From: Candidatus Poribacteria bacterium
GTDB taxonomy: Bacteria; Poribacteria; WGA-4E; WGA-3G
NCBI GenBank assembly: GCA_963663765.2
Contig: CAXXUA010000004.1
Span: 992,001 to 1,056,000, forward strand
Length of the DNA: 64,000 nucleotides
Reading direction: 5' to 3'
Positions 11,066-20,391 of this stretch are shown here, in pieces. The notes beneath the pieces were generated by a model. The model was not told the origin of the DNA, searched no databases, and saw nothing but the letters and a program-made list of their open reading frames with translations. The translations under genes were made by a program, and so were the position numbers. The first letter of the stretch is position 1, and every line of letters starts with the position of its first letter.

Positions 11066-11371
11066 TTACGCATCTTCATCGTCATCTACGGACGCAGCTT
11101 TGCCAGTAAGAATTGATTCAACATCGGAATGTGGACGTGGAATGACATGTACGGATACCAGTTCACCGACTGCTTTCGCAGCTTCTGCACCAGCATCTGT
11201 AGCGGCTTGCACCGCACCGACATCACCGCGAACCATCACGGTAACGAAACCGCCGCCAACCTGTTCTTTGCCGATTAACTTGACGTTAGCGGCTTTGACC
11301 ATCGTATCCGCAGCTTCAACTGCACCTACCAATCCGCGTGTTTCAACCATTCCTAAAGCTTCATTGCTCAT
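11066..11371 (-). CDS. Bacterial microcompartment hexameric shell protein (EutM/PduA-like)
   Basis: '[26 protein letters not shown]', 'RGDVGAV.AA', 'VHVIPRPH'. Confidence 0.97.
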   Translation of the reverse strand: MSNEALGMVETRGLVGAVEAADTMVKAANVKLIGKEQVGGGFVTVMVRGDVGAVQAATDAGAEAAKAVGELVSVHVIPRPHSDVESILTGKAASVDDDEDA

Positions 11372-11758
11372 ATTTTTTGCTCCTTATGTGTCTTATAGAG
11401 TAGAATGCAAGGCACTGCACACTATATATTTGTCGCAGTCCTTACATTTGATAAATGTGTCCTTTTAAATGATACTATAAATGTGATTTTTCTGCAAATC
11501 AAATTTTGCATTAGGGTGTGTAAAGTTTATTATTTATCTGAACCAGGATATTCAGGATAATCAGATTACCCAGCTAAGCGTCTGATGCGTTATTTACTGT
11601 TCTCATGAAACACTTTCCTAAGCAGACCCACATGTTGGTATAATCCTGTATATCTACTAATCCTGAAGAATCCAATTTCAGACAAGAAGAGCTTCACGAC
11701 AAACCCATTCTATGTTTTCAGTGCTTTCAGCATCTATTGATATTCAGACAGACTCAGT

Positions 11759-13057
11759 TTAAAGACTTCGGTACCGCAATTGCCACAACCACCACAGAAT
11801 CGCAGGAATCAACGGCAGCGCAACCATCCCCCACAAAACAACCTGTACACCAAACAGATCCATCATTGCCCCAACAATCGCGGTTGCAACAGCCCCCATC
11901 AATGTAAAAAGTGCAAACTCAGTACCAAAAATCCGACCACGAATCTCATTTGGTGCGCGTTGCAACAGCAGCTGCGTAGAAAAGACCCATGCAATGCCCC
12001 CACCAACACTTCGTACGAACCCACCGAAAACAACGAGCGGTAAACTCAACAGTGGTGCAACAAGCAACAATCCCGCCGATCCAATCAGATACCCGAGACT
12101 AATACTACTTCGAAGCGGTTTGTCACGGTCTCCTGTCCAAATTCTCGCTACTATCGGTCCAATCCCGCTCCCAACCCCACCCATACAATACATCAATCCT
12201 AAACTGATCGCACCATCAATCCCAATAACGAAGTGGGACTTTGCAATTTCAACCTGTGCTACCTGAAACCCAGCAGATAATAACAATGCTATTGCACCTT
12301 TGTGTAACGATATAAATAGAATATCGGGATGACGGACCATATACCCAATGGCAGAGAACTTTGACCATTCTTGTTTAGATGTCTTAGAACCAATAGGATT
12401 CGGTAACTTTATCTGTAGCAGCAAAAACGCAGAAACAAGAAACGTAAATCCATCAATTATAAAGGCAGTATGTGCGCCATAAAGACCTGCGGTAACCCCT
12501 CCTATTGCAGAACCCAAGGCAAGCATCACGGACCAAGTTGTCGCGCTCAATGCATTCGCTGTTCCCAGCTCAATTTGCTCCGTAATATCAGGCAGAATTG
12601 CACTACGCGCAGGACTAAAAAAGCCACTCACCCCAAACAGCAGTCCAACAAGGATATAGAGTAGCAAAATGTCGTTTTCGTCACGGACAAAGAGAAATCC
12701 AAAAACGAGCAGTCCTCTCACAACATCTGTGATGATTAAGAGATGCTTTCTGTTGTACCGATCCGCACAAATACCAGCAATCGGTGCAACGCAGAACGGT
12801 GCAAGCATCCTAATCGTAAACAGCAACCCTAACGCAAAACTCGAATCTGTCAGATTACGTATCAGGATAGCAGACGAAATGATGTTAAACCAATCTCCTA
12901 ATAGACTGACGACCTGTCCCGACCACAACCAACGAAAATTTGAATTCGTTTGAAGTAACTCAAAGTACCCGACTATCCTGTCTCTCTTAGCAGCCCCATC
13001 CTTTGGGTCAAAAGTACTATCAGTCATCTCAGTAGCTGCTTGTTCTTTTTCAGCCAA
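11759..13057 (-). CDS. MFS transporter (EntS/MefA-like)
   Basis: 'NFRWLW.GQ.VS.LGDWF', motif A 'G..ADRYNRK', about 12 hydrophobic segments. Confidence 0.9.
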   Translation of the reverse strand: MAEKEQAATEMTDSTFDPKDGAAKRDRIVGYFELLQTNSNFRWLWSGQVVSLLGDWFNIISSAILIRNLTDSSFALGLLFTIRMLAPFCVAPIAGICADRYNRKHLLIITDVVRGLLVFGFLFVRDENDILLLYILVGLLFGVSGFFSPARSAILPDITEQIELGTANALSATTWSVMLALGSAIGGVTAGLYGAHTAFIIDGFTFLVSAFLLLQIKLPNPIGSKTSKQEWSKFSAIGYMVRHPDILFISLHKGAIALLLSAGFQVAQVEIAKSHFVIGIDGAISLGLMYCMGGVGSGIGPIVARIWTGDRDKPLRSSISLGYLIGSAGLLLVAPLLSLPLVVFGGFVRSVGGGIAWVFSTQLLLQRAPNEIRGRIFGTEFALFTLMGAVATAIVGAMMDLFGVQVVLWGMVALPLIPAILWWLWQLRYRSL

Positions 13058-13431
13058 CTCTAACCCCCACCACTATTTGACAGACTTTGTGTTGCTGTTT
13101 ATTTTGATCCCCTCACCAGCAACTCCTGTTAGATATAACATCAATCACCCCTTTCTCGTAGGCATTATAATGACCTAAACTCTATGATATGATACGCACA
13201 TACAAATACCATAGATACGAATTATTAGCCATCTCTCACAGTTGAATTTGTTACAACCTATCTCATAAATGGTAGGAGGGGTTTCTAACCCAGATTTACT
13301 CAACACGTGAGCCGGTGAATTTGCAAATAAATCGTATTTATGAGATACGCTGTAGTTATCCTTTTCGTTTAGTGTTGATATGAGATGGCTTATCAATGAT
13401 AAGGAAGCAAATTTGGCAGCTAATGATATAA

Positions 13432-13650
13432 TAACGCAAGTTGCTACCTATAAGGTTTAGACGAATAAACACCGTTTTTTTTAGAGTATAATACACTTTT
13501 CGGTAGTATTTGTAGCACAAACTTTTAGTTTGTGCATCTTTATGACGCAAACTAAAAGTTTGCGCTACAAAATATAGGCTATTTATCAACACTTTTTTGA
13601 TAATAGATGGTGTTTCTATGTCTAATTATTGTAGGTAGCAACTTGGGTTA
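13432..13650. mobile_element. MITE-like element (TIR AACGCAAGTTGCTACCTA) carrying a REP doublet; copy 1
   Basis: Terminal inverted repeats flanked by TA; near-identical second copy at 20392-20609; internal GTAGCACAAACTTTTAGTTTGTGC palindromes. Confidence 0.8.
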
Positions 13651-13726
13651 TAATAATAAATCACCGTGAATGATAACAACATATAGTCATCTCTCACGGT
13701 GATTTTATAGAACTGATTCTTTGAAA

Positions 13727-14101
13727 CTAAGGATATTGTATCCCTAATTTACGACACATCTTACGGATTTTATTGATCGCTCCACCCACTTTGCGTCCAT
13801 CACGTGTCACCCCAAAAAGGTGTTGACTAACAACGCGACGAGAAATCCCCAGAATATCACCAATTTCCTCCTGTGTTTTCCCTTCGTAGAAATAAAGTTG
13901 GACACAATCGTTTTGTCGGTCAGTGAGCTCCTTAGAAATGATCTGGTGTATCTGTTTGATGACTTTCTGACGTTTCACTTGACGCGCCTTCGTATACGTA
14001 TTCGGCGCAGACTGATACCACAAGTGGTGTTCCGTAGTCAGTTGATCAAAATACTCGGGTGGCACCGGAATTTCCCAAAAATCCGGATTATACTTAGACA
14101 T
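13727..14101 (-). CDS. Small sigma-70 region-4 (HTH) domain protein
   Basis: 'LTDRQ..C..LYFYEG.TQEEIG..LGISRR.VSQHL'; ATG at 14101 preceded by GAGGAG. Confidence 0.85.
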   Translation of the reverse strand: MSKYNPDFWEIPVPPEYFDQLTTEHHLWYQSAPNTYTKARQVKRQKVIKQIHQIISKELTDRQNDCVQLYFYEGKTQEEIGDILGISRRVVSQHLFGVTRDGRKVGGAINKIRKMCRKLGIQYP

Positions 14102-14522
14102 AGATAACGACTCCTCAAAGTGAGGCTTAAGCACCTATGCCATTTCAATTCATTATCTTGAGAATGGACAGAGGTACCATCGCCTACAAAACAAACCGTT
14201 TATATTAGGGGTGGTAAAATTCATAAACAACATAATGGTACCCTCCTTATTAGAATTTATTATTTGGAAAGATGTTAATCAAACATCTGTGTAATATGAT
14301 TACATGCTTTCTACATAAATTAGTATACAAGAAAACATAAAAAATAACAATACTCATTTTAACACAATTCTGGATGCGCTGCATTAATAAACTTGGAAGT
14401 TGGCTCGATGCTGCAAACCCAACATGCTATGAAACATTACACAACCTGCTATTAATTTCAATTTGACTATATAATCCAAATATGCTACTCTAAATAAAAT
14501 TTGGAAATGGAGCTGCATAAGA

Positions 14523-16151
14523 GTGACACACTACACCCAGAACAAGGTAATACGTTCTATATTCATGTTGTCTCTTATTCTAATCTTGTTTTCGGTGAAA
14601 GGACTCACTTCTGAAATTCAGTTTGTTGATGTAACAGAAACAGCAGGGATCAATTTTATACATGCAGGGGGTATAGATCATCGTGTAGTTCCCGCATTGG
14701 TCGGTTCTGGTGTTGCATGGTGTGATTATGATACTAATGGCACACTTGATTTATATATCGTAAACAGTGCTATCGCAAGACCTGAACCCGATACAATTCT
14801 ACCCCAAAACGTGCTGTATCGGAACAATGGCGATGGGACATTTACGGATGTAACTGACAAAACCGGTGTTGGTGATACAAGTTGGGGCATGGGCTGTGCC
14901 TTTGCTGATTATGACAACGACGGTGATCCTGACCTTTATGTTACCAACTACAAGGCAAACATTTTTTATCTAAACAAAGGGGATGGGACATTCAAGAAAT
15001 TCACGTCTGGTGCAGGAGCAATTGGACATACGGGATTTGGATCGGGCATCGCATGGGCGGATTATGATGCTGATGGGTTTCTTGACTTATATGTAGGTAA
15101 TTATATTGAATATAAGAAAGTTCCACAAGGGGATGAAGTATTCTTTCCTTATGATTTCTTCGGACAAGAAAACGTACTTTATTTGAACAAAGGGGATGGT
15201 GGATTTATTGATGTTACAGATGCTGCAAAAGTAAATGGTGGGTTTCATCTAACACTTGGAATCGCTGCTGCTGACTATGACGATGATGGTGATGTAGATA
15301 TTTATCTCGCAAACGATACTGACCAGAACATTCTATATCGCAACGATGGTGAAATTACTTTTACGAATACGAATCAACCGGATGCAAGAAGCAGAACGGG
15401 AGATATCCGCAGTGGAATGGGAATCGCATGGGGAGATTATAATAATGATGGAACTTTAGACTTGTTCGTCACAAATTGGCTTGATGAAAACAACGTACTA
15501 TACCGGAACAACGGAGATGGCACTTTCACAGATGTTTCAGCAAAAAGCGGTGTTTTTGAGTCTGGTCTTGGGAAGACATGTTGGGGTACTGTGTTTTTTG
15601 ATGTAGATAATGATACAGACTTAGACCTATTTTTCGCAGCAGGACATATTGATCCCGCGTCTTGGGAAAGCCATGATCAAACGGATGTTCTGTTACGAAA
15701 CAATGGAGATGGAACTTTCACCGACATATCAGAAGATGTGGGATTGCAACAGCTTGATCCAAAAGGAGTCGGAAGGGGAGTTGGTGCTGGTGATTACGAT
15801 TCCGATGGAGATGTGGACCTAATCATAATCAACAGTGGTGGGAAACCCCGACTGCTTCGCAATGATGGTGGGAACAAACAGAATTGGCTTCACATCCGCA
15901 CTGTCGGTGTTCAGAGCAACCGAGATGGGATTGGGACACAGATAAGAATAATAACTGGAAGTCTACATCAGATTCGGGAAGTAACTGCTGGTAGCAGCTA
16001 CCTATCACAAAACAGTTTGGAGGTAGAATTTGGACTCGGTGATTACAATAAAGTTGATAAGATAATTATGCAATGGCCCAGTGGTATTATACAAACATTG
16101 AATGACATTTCTGTAAATCAAACTATAGTTATAACCGAGAAGACAAAATGA
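14523..16151 (+). CDS. CRTAC1/ASPIC-UnbV family FG-GAP (VCBS) repeat protein, secreted
   Basis: Repeated 'DYDNDG..DL.V.N' and 'LYRNNGDGTFTDV'; C-terminal 'SNRDGIG...GSSYLSQ...FGLG...WPSG'. Confidence 0.93.
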   Translation: MTHYTQNKVIRSIFMLSLILILFSVKGLTSEIQFVDVTETAGINFIHAGGIDHRVVPALVGSGVAWCDYDTNGTLDLYIVNSAIARPEPDTILPQNVLYRNNGDGTFTDVTDKTGVGDTSWGMGCAFADYDNDGDPDLYVTNYKANIFYLNKGDGTFKKFTSGAGAIGHTGFGSGIAWADYDADGFLDLYVGNYIEYKKVPQGDEVFFPYDFFGQENVLYLNKGDGGFIDVTDAAKVNGGFHLTLGIAAADYDDDGDVDIYLANDTDQNILYRNDGEITFTNTNQPDARSRTGDIRSGMGIAWGDYNNDGTLDLFVTNWLDENNVLYRNNGDGTFTDVSAKSGVFESGLGKTCWGTVFFDVDNDTDLDLFFAAGHIDPASWESHDQTDVLLRNNGDGTFTDISEDVGLQQLDPKGVGRGVGAGDYDSDGDVDLIIINSGGKPRLLRNDGGNKQNWLHIRTVGVQSNRDGIGTQIRIITGSLHQIREVTAGSSYLSQNSLEVEFGLGDYNKVDKIIMQWPSGIIQTLNDISVNQTIVITEKTK

Positions 16152-16204
16152 GAGATTTTCTCAGGAAACATCTGGTCATAGTTGAAGTTGAATTACCAAT
16201 TGTA

Positions 16205-16672
16205 ACCAGGAATATTCAGTTTTCCTAATTTTTGGATTTTTCTAAAAAGAACCCCGCGGTAGGAGCGACCCGGGGAATGCCTAAATGGCATTCATACCGT
16301 TGATTTCTTGATTTGCCGGTCGCGATTTTCTCACAAAACAAATAAAATGCATAAAACTGAAAAACCCTAAATTGAAAACAAAACATTTGACCAGAGTTAT
16401 TCAGTTTTCCTAATTTTTGGATGTTTCCAAAAAGAACCCCCCGGTAGAAGCGACCTCCCGGTCGCGATTTTCTCACAAAACAAATAAAATGCATAAAACT
16501 GAAAAACCCTAAATTGAAAACAAAACATTTGACCAAGGTTATTCAGTTATCCCAATTTCTGGATGTTCCAAAAAGAACCCCCGGTAGGAGCGACCTCCCG
16601 GTCGCGATTTTCTCACAAAACAAATAAAATGCATAAAACTGAAAAACCCTAAATTGAAAACAAAACATTTGA
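16205..16672. repeat. Three tandem ~145-190 bp units, each an ISAs1-like end plus a family A REP
   Basis: Repeated 'TTATTCAGTTTTCCTAATTTTTGGAT...GTAGGAGCGACC...GCATAAAACTGAAAAACCCT' blocks. Confidence 0.8.
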
Positions 16673-16768
16673 CTCATAGAATGAATTAATGTATGATTCA
16701 AATGAAAATGAAGTAAAAGTTGGAAAATTATACACTTCAACTACTAATTTCAACTAATAGGAGGGAAA

Positions 16769-17410
16769 ATGCAACATAAAATATTTTTTATAATGTTATG
16801 TGCTATATTTATCACGGTATTTGCTTTTGATGGTATTCCAGCAAAAGAGATACGAGTATGGGGAGGTAAACAAAATGATTATACCGATACTAACGGAAAT
16901 GTCTGGTACGGTGGGCAGAAAACGAAAGAGGATTGGGGTGGCTGGATCAAAAAGGAACCCCTTACTGCAGAAGTTCGGGAACTTACAGCTGCAGCCAGAA
17001 AACTTGCAATGGATGAGGGCTACGATGAAGAACTCTTCTATGCTGTGAGTTGGGCACAATATCCAGATATAGTTGAGGTTGATCTGAATACAGGTAGAGG
17101 CACTTTTGATGTAACCTATCTCGTTGGGGAACACTGGTCACCTAACAATAGGGGTTTTGATATTATTATTGAAGATAAGATTGTAGAGGCACTCTATATT
17201 ACCCCTGGCGATGATGAAATTGATATAAAACGATATGAAGGCATTCAGGTTAATGACACAGTGATGAGTCTTGTATTTTCTGGTAATCCTGAAGCAGGAG
17301 TGACTGATACAAACGGAATGTTCAGCGGAATAGAAGTTGTTCCTTCCAGATTAGCAGTTGATCCAAAAAAGAAGTTAACAACAACATGGGGCACATTAAA
17401 ATCCCAATAA
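16769..17410 (+). CDS. Secreted malectin-like carbohydrate-binding protein, paralog 1
   Basis: Signal peptide; 'GG...DYTD.NG.VW', 'G.FDVT....E', 'R.FDI.IE', 'FSGIEV'; C-terminal 'AVDPKKKLTTTWGTLK'. Confidence 0.7.
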   Translation: MQHKIFFIMLCAIFITVFAFDGIPAKEIRVWGGKQNDYTDTNGNVWYGGQKTKEDWGGWIKKEPLTAEVRELTAAARKLAMDEGYDEELFYAVSWAQYPDIVEVDLNTGRGTFDVTYLVGEHWSPNNRGFDIIIEDKIVEALYITPGDDEIDIKRYEGIQVNDTVMSLVFSGNPEAGVTDTNGMFSGIEVVPSRLAVDPKKKLTTTWGTLKSQ

Positions 17411-17535
17411 AATTACTGCAACGTATCTCATAAATGCAAGATTGGACAATATCACCGGATCGTGTTTCTGGTTAATTGGGGTAGAAAGCCCTCCTACTAT
17501 TTCTGAGATAGGTTGTAACATAAATGGAGGTAAAT

Positions 17536-18183
17536 ATGAAATTACTGAGTATTTTGTCAATAATAATGCTTCTATCGGTTGTGATAGCTGTGGATATGCA
17601 ATCTGCTGAAGAATACCGAGTAAGAGGTGGAAAAGCAGACGACTTTACCGACTCACAAGGCCGTGTATGGCGTGGAGCACAACAAGCTGACCAAGCATGG
17701 GGTGGTTGGATTGAAACAGAACCCCTAACCGCTGAAGTTGCAGATCTGACTTCTGATGCGCAAGCACAAGCAGCAGAAGCTGGGTACGATGCTGAGCTGT
17801 TTTATGCGGTCAGTTGGGCGCAGTATCCTAATACTATAAAATACCAGTTAAAAACTGGCAACGGCACTTTTGACGTGACCTATCTCGTTGGGGAACACTG
17901 GTCACCTAATAATAGAGGTTTTGATATTATTATTGAAGATGAAATTGTAGAGGCACTATATGTGACGCCTGGTAATCATGAAATTGATATTAAGAAGTAT
18001 GATACAATTGTTGTCGCTGATGGAACACTTGATTTGGAATTCGCAGGAAATCCAGATGCTGGTACTACAGACACAAATGCAACCTTCAGTGGACTTGAGG
18101 TGATTGAAAGTGTTAGCACTGCTGTAGACCCGAAAGAAAAATTAACAACTACATGGGGGACATTGAAAACCATTCGTCAATAA
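17536..18183 (+). CDS. Secreted malectin-like carbohydrate-binding protein, paralog 2
   Basis: Clear paralog of 16769-17410; ATG 17536 follows GGAGG. Confidence 0.7.
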   Translation: MKLLSILSIIMLLSVVIAVDMQSAEEYRVRGGKADDFTDSQGRVWRGAQQADQAWGGWIETEPLTAEVADLTSDAQAQAAEAGYDAELFYAVSWAQYPNTIKYQLKTGNGTFDVTYLVGEHWSPNNRGFDIIIEDEIVEALYVTPGNHEIDIKKYDTIVVADGTLDLEFAGNPDAGTTDTNATFSGLEVIESVSTAVDPKEKLTTTWGTLKTIRQ

Positions 18184-18199
18184 TCAAAGTATGTAACAA

Positions 18200-18239
18200 T
18201 AACTAACCGCGGTATGTTTTATACCGCGGTTAGTTTTTT
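18200..18239. terminator. Rho-independent terminator between convergent genes
   Basis: AACTAACCGCGGTAT-GTTTT-ATACCGCGGTTAGTT hairpin followed by T-tract. Confidence 0.8.
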
Positions 18240-18262
18240 GCGATCTATTTGCGAGTAAGGTT

Positions 18263-19054
18263 TCATTCCGGTTTGGGTGTTGTTAAATCACCACTTAATA
18301 TTGTTGGACACCAAAACTTCTCAATATATTCAATAATCAACTGCGTGCCTTCTTCATGACTAACATAAGGTGGCTTAAATGGATTGTACATTGCATCCGT
18401 TAGATCACGCGTCAAAACACAGTTGACTCCCCAACGGACCATCTGCTTTATTGCAAATGAACGACCCAATACACACATATTCGTATGGACACCCATAAAG
18501 ATGATATTTTCTATCCCTCTATGTGAAAGCAAATTGTAGACCTCTTGTCCATTATCACTAATGGTATCAGAATCATCAATATCAATCGCTGGATGTTGAC
18601 GGTGCCATGCTTTGTAACTCTCAGTCTCACCCGTATCCGAACCACCATCAGAAGCATCAACAGGTTGTGGTGGATCAGGGATTTCACGTTCTTTTGGTGG
18701 TTCAGCGTACGGAATTTCAAGCACAGACTTACGCGCAGGATGATATTCATAAAAATCCAGTGTATCAGAAGGTGCGTGGATTATATGCACCCCGCGTTCA
18801 CGCGCACGATGCAACACAATATTCATTCTCGGTGCCATTACATTCACACGTTCAGTCGCACCCCATGACCAGTGTTCATTCCACATATCAACAACAAGAA
18901 TCGCAGTTTCACTCACCTTCCAGTCAACCTCTTTCTCAACAATACGCCACCCATTTCTACCAACTGTCCGTGCATCTTGTGTCCGCACAGAAAGTGTTAC
19001 AGTCTCATCAGAAGGTGTAGCGGAAAAAACGTTCCGTGCTATATCAAAGTTCAT
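18263..19054 (-). CDS. Isochorismatase-family cysteine hydrolase
   Basis: 'TAILVVDMW', 'IIHAPS', 'GVHTNMCV', 'RDLTD'. Confidence 0.85.
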   Translation of the reverse strand: MNFDIARNVFSATPSDETVTLSVRTQDARTVGRNGWRIVEKEVDWKVSETAILVVDMWNEHWSWGATERVNVMAPRMNIVLHRARERGVHIIHAPSDTLDFYEYHPARKSVLEIPYAEPPKEREIPDPPQPVDASDGGSDTGETESYKAWHRQHPAIDIDDSDTISDNGQEVYNLLSHRGIENIIFMGVHTNMCVLGRSFAIKQMVRWGVNCVLTRDLTDAMYNPFKPPYVSHEEGTQLIIEYIEKFWCPTILSGDLTTPKPE

Positions 19055-19100
19055 AGATATATTCCTCCAATAAATACAAGTGTAACCAAACCTATTTAAT

Positions 19101-19308
19101 CAGGACTTACGCAATAACGGTAGGCGGTGAATGCCTAAATGGCATTCATACCGTTGATTTGGTGCTTTGTAGGCGGGGAATGCCAAAAGGCATTCATACC
19201 GTTGATTTCTTGATTACTTGATTTGGCGCTGGAAACCTATAAAAAGCTGATAATTACATCATTTTCATCATAATTCTTGATTAAAACAAGAAAACTACGT
19301 AAGTCCTG
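19101..19308. mobile_element. MITE with CAGGACTTACGCA ends and family B REP cargo
   Basis: TIRs at 19101 and 19308; 5-bp target duplication TTAAT. Confidence 0.8.
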
Positions 19309-19330
19309 TTAATAAAGAAACCTTTAAATA

Positions 19331-19801
19331 TTAGTCTTGTAATCCCTTCCACATTACATAAGCATCCTCACCATCACTATAATATCTCTTACGTACATCG
19401 CAAACTTCAAATCCAAATTGCCGGTAGAGGCACCGTGCTGCGCTATTTTTCACAGCTACCTCAAGATACACCTTCTTTCCTGAGTGCCTCCTGACAACAC
19501 TTAATGCTGAAGCCAATAAATATTTACCAACACCTTGCTGTCTATAATCTGCGGTAACAGCGATATTCATTATATGTGCTTCATCGCGAACAATGTAAAA
19601 CACTACATATCCAACGACTTCATTATTCAAACGTGCAACATAGCAAAAAGTACTCTTTTTAGGAAAACGGAGTTGTCTTTTAAAAAACGATATGTGCCAA
19701 GGTTCAGGAAAGGAAGCATTTTCAATCAGCATCACCTGTTTAAGGTCTTCCTGTCCCATCTGATCAAAAACTATATCTGGAAAAGGTTTCTCAATTATCA
19801 T
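19331..19801 (-). CDS. rimI: Ribosomal-protein N-acetyltransferase RimI-like GNAT
   Basis: 'IE.ASFPEPW', 'EAHIMNIAV...YRQQGVG', 'LEV...N..A..LY..FGF', 'RKRYY.DGEDA..M'. Start could be 19846; ATG 19801 lies just after a TTGACA-17-TAAAAT promoter. Confidence 0.88.
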   Translation of the reverse strand: MIIEKPFPDIVFDQMGQEDLKQVMLIENASFPEPWHISFFKRQLRFPKKSTFCYVARLNNEVVGYVVFYIVRDEAHIMNIAVTADYRQQGVGKYLLASALSVVRRHSGKKVYLEVAVKNSAARCLYRQFGFEVCDVRKRYYSDGEDAYVMWKGLQD

Positions 19802-19860
19802 TCGTGGAATTTTATCACAATCAATTTGGCATGTCAAGAACATCATCTTAAAATATTAAA

Positions 19861-20317
19861 CAGGACTTACGCAAAAACGGTAGGCGGGGAATGACTAAAT
19901 GGCATTCATACCGTTGATTTGGTGCTTTGTAAGCGCGCACCCGATGGTAGGCGTGCTTTGTAAGCGCGCCCCCGACGGTAGGCGTGCTTTGTAAGCGCGC
20001 ACCCGATGGTAGGCGTGCTTTGTAAGCACGGTATGCACATCAAGTCCCAATAGCGCGCTTACAAAGCACGCTTACCATTGCCTATGACATCTACCACAAA
20101 TTCTATTGACAGATGCCGAAGATTGCTATAAGATAAACTCATAATGAACTCATAACGAGTAACATCTAATCATTGTCACCTGCTTCGGAATACTGAAGAT
20201 TTAGTTACCTTCTCTGCGCCTACTCCCTACTGGTATTTGGCAGATGATTTAGCAAATGGGGGAGGATCAGTTTCCGTGAGTGGAACCCGTATTGATGATG
20301 ATAGTGCGTAAGTCCTG
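19861..20317. mobile_element. MITE with CAGGACTTACGCA ends, family B REP cluster and unique cargo
   Basis: Perfect 13-bp TIRs; flanks TTAAA/ATAAA (4 of 5 match). Confidence 0.72.
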
Positions 20318-20391
20318 ATAAAGAAAGGAGATTTCTCTTGAAATTGAAATGTCAATTGTCCCATGTGAAATGTCCACCTTAATCTTTATGT

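Noticed and set aside
9957-11468. Plus-strand ORFs of 96-185 aa opposite the BMC genes
   Set aside because: Antisense shadows of well-supported minus-strand genes
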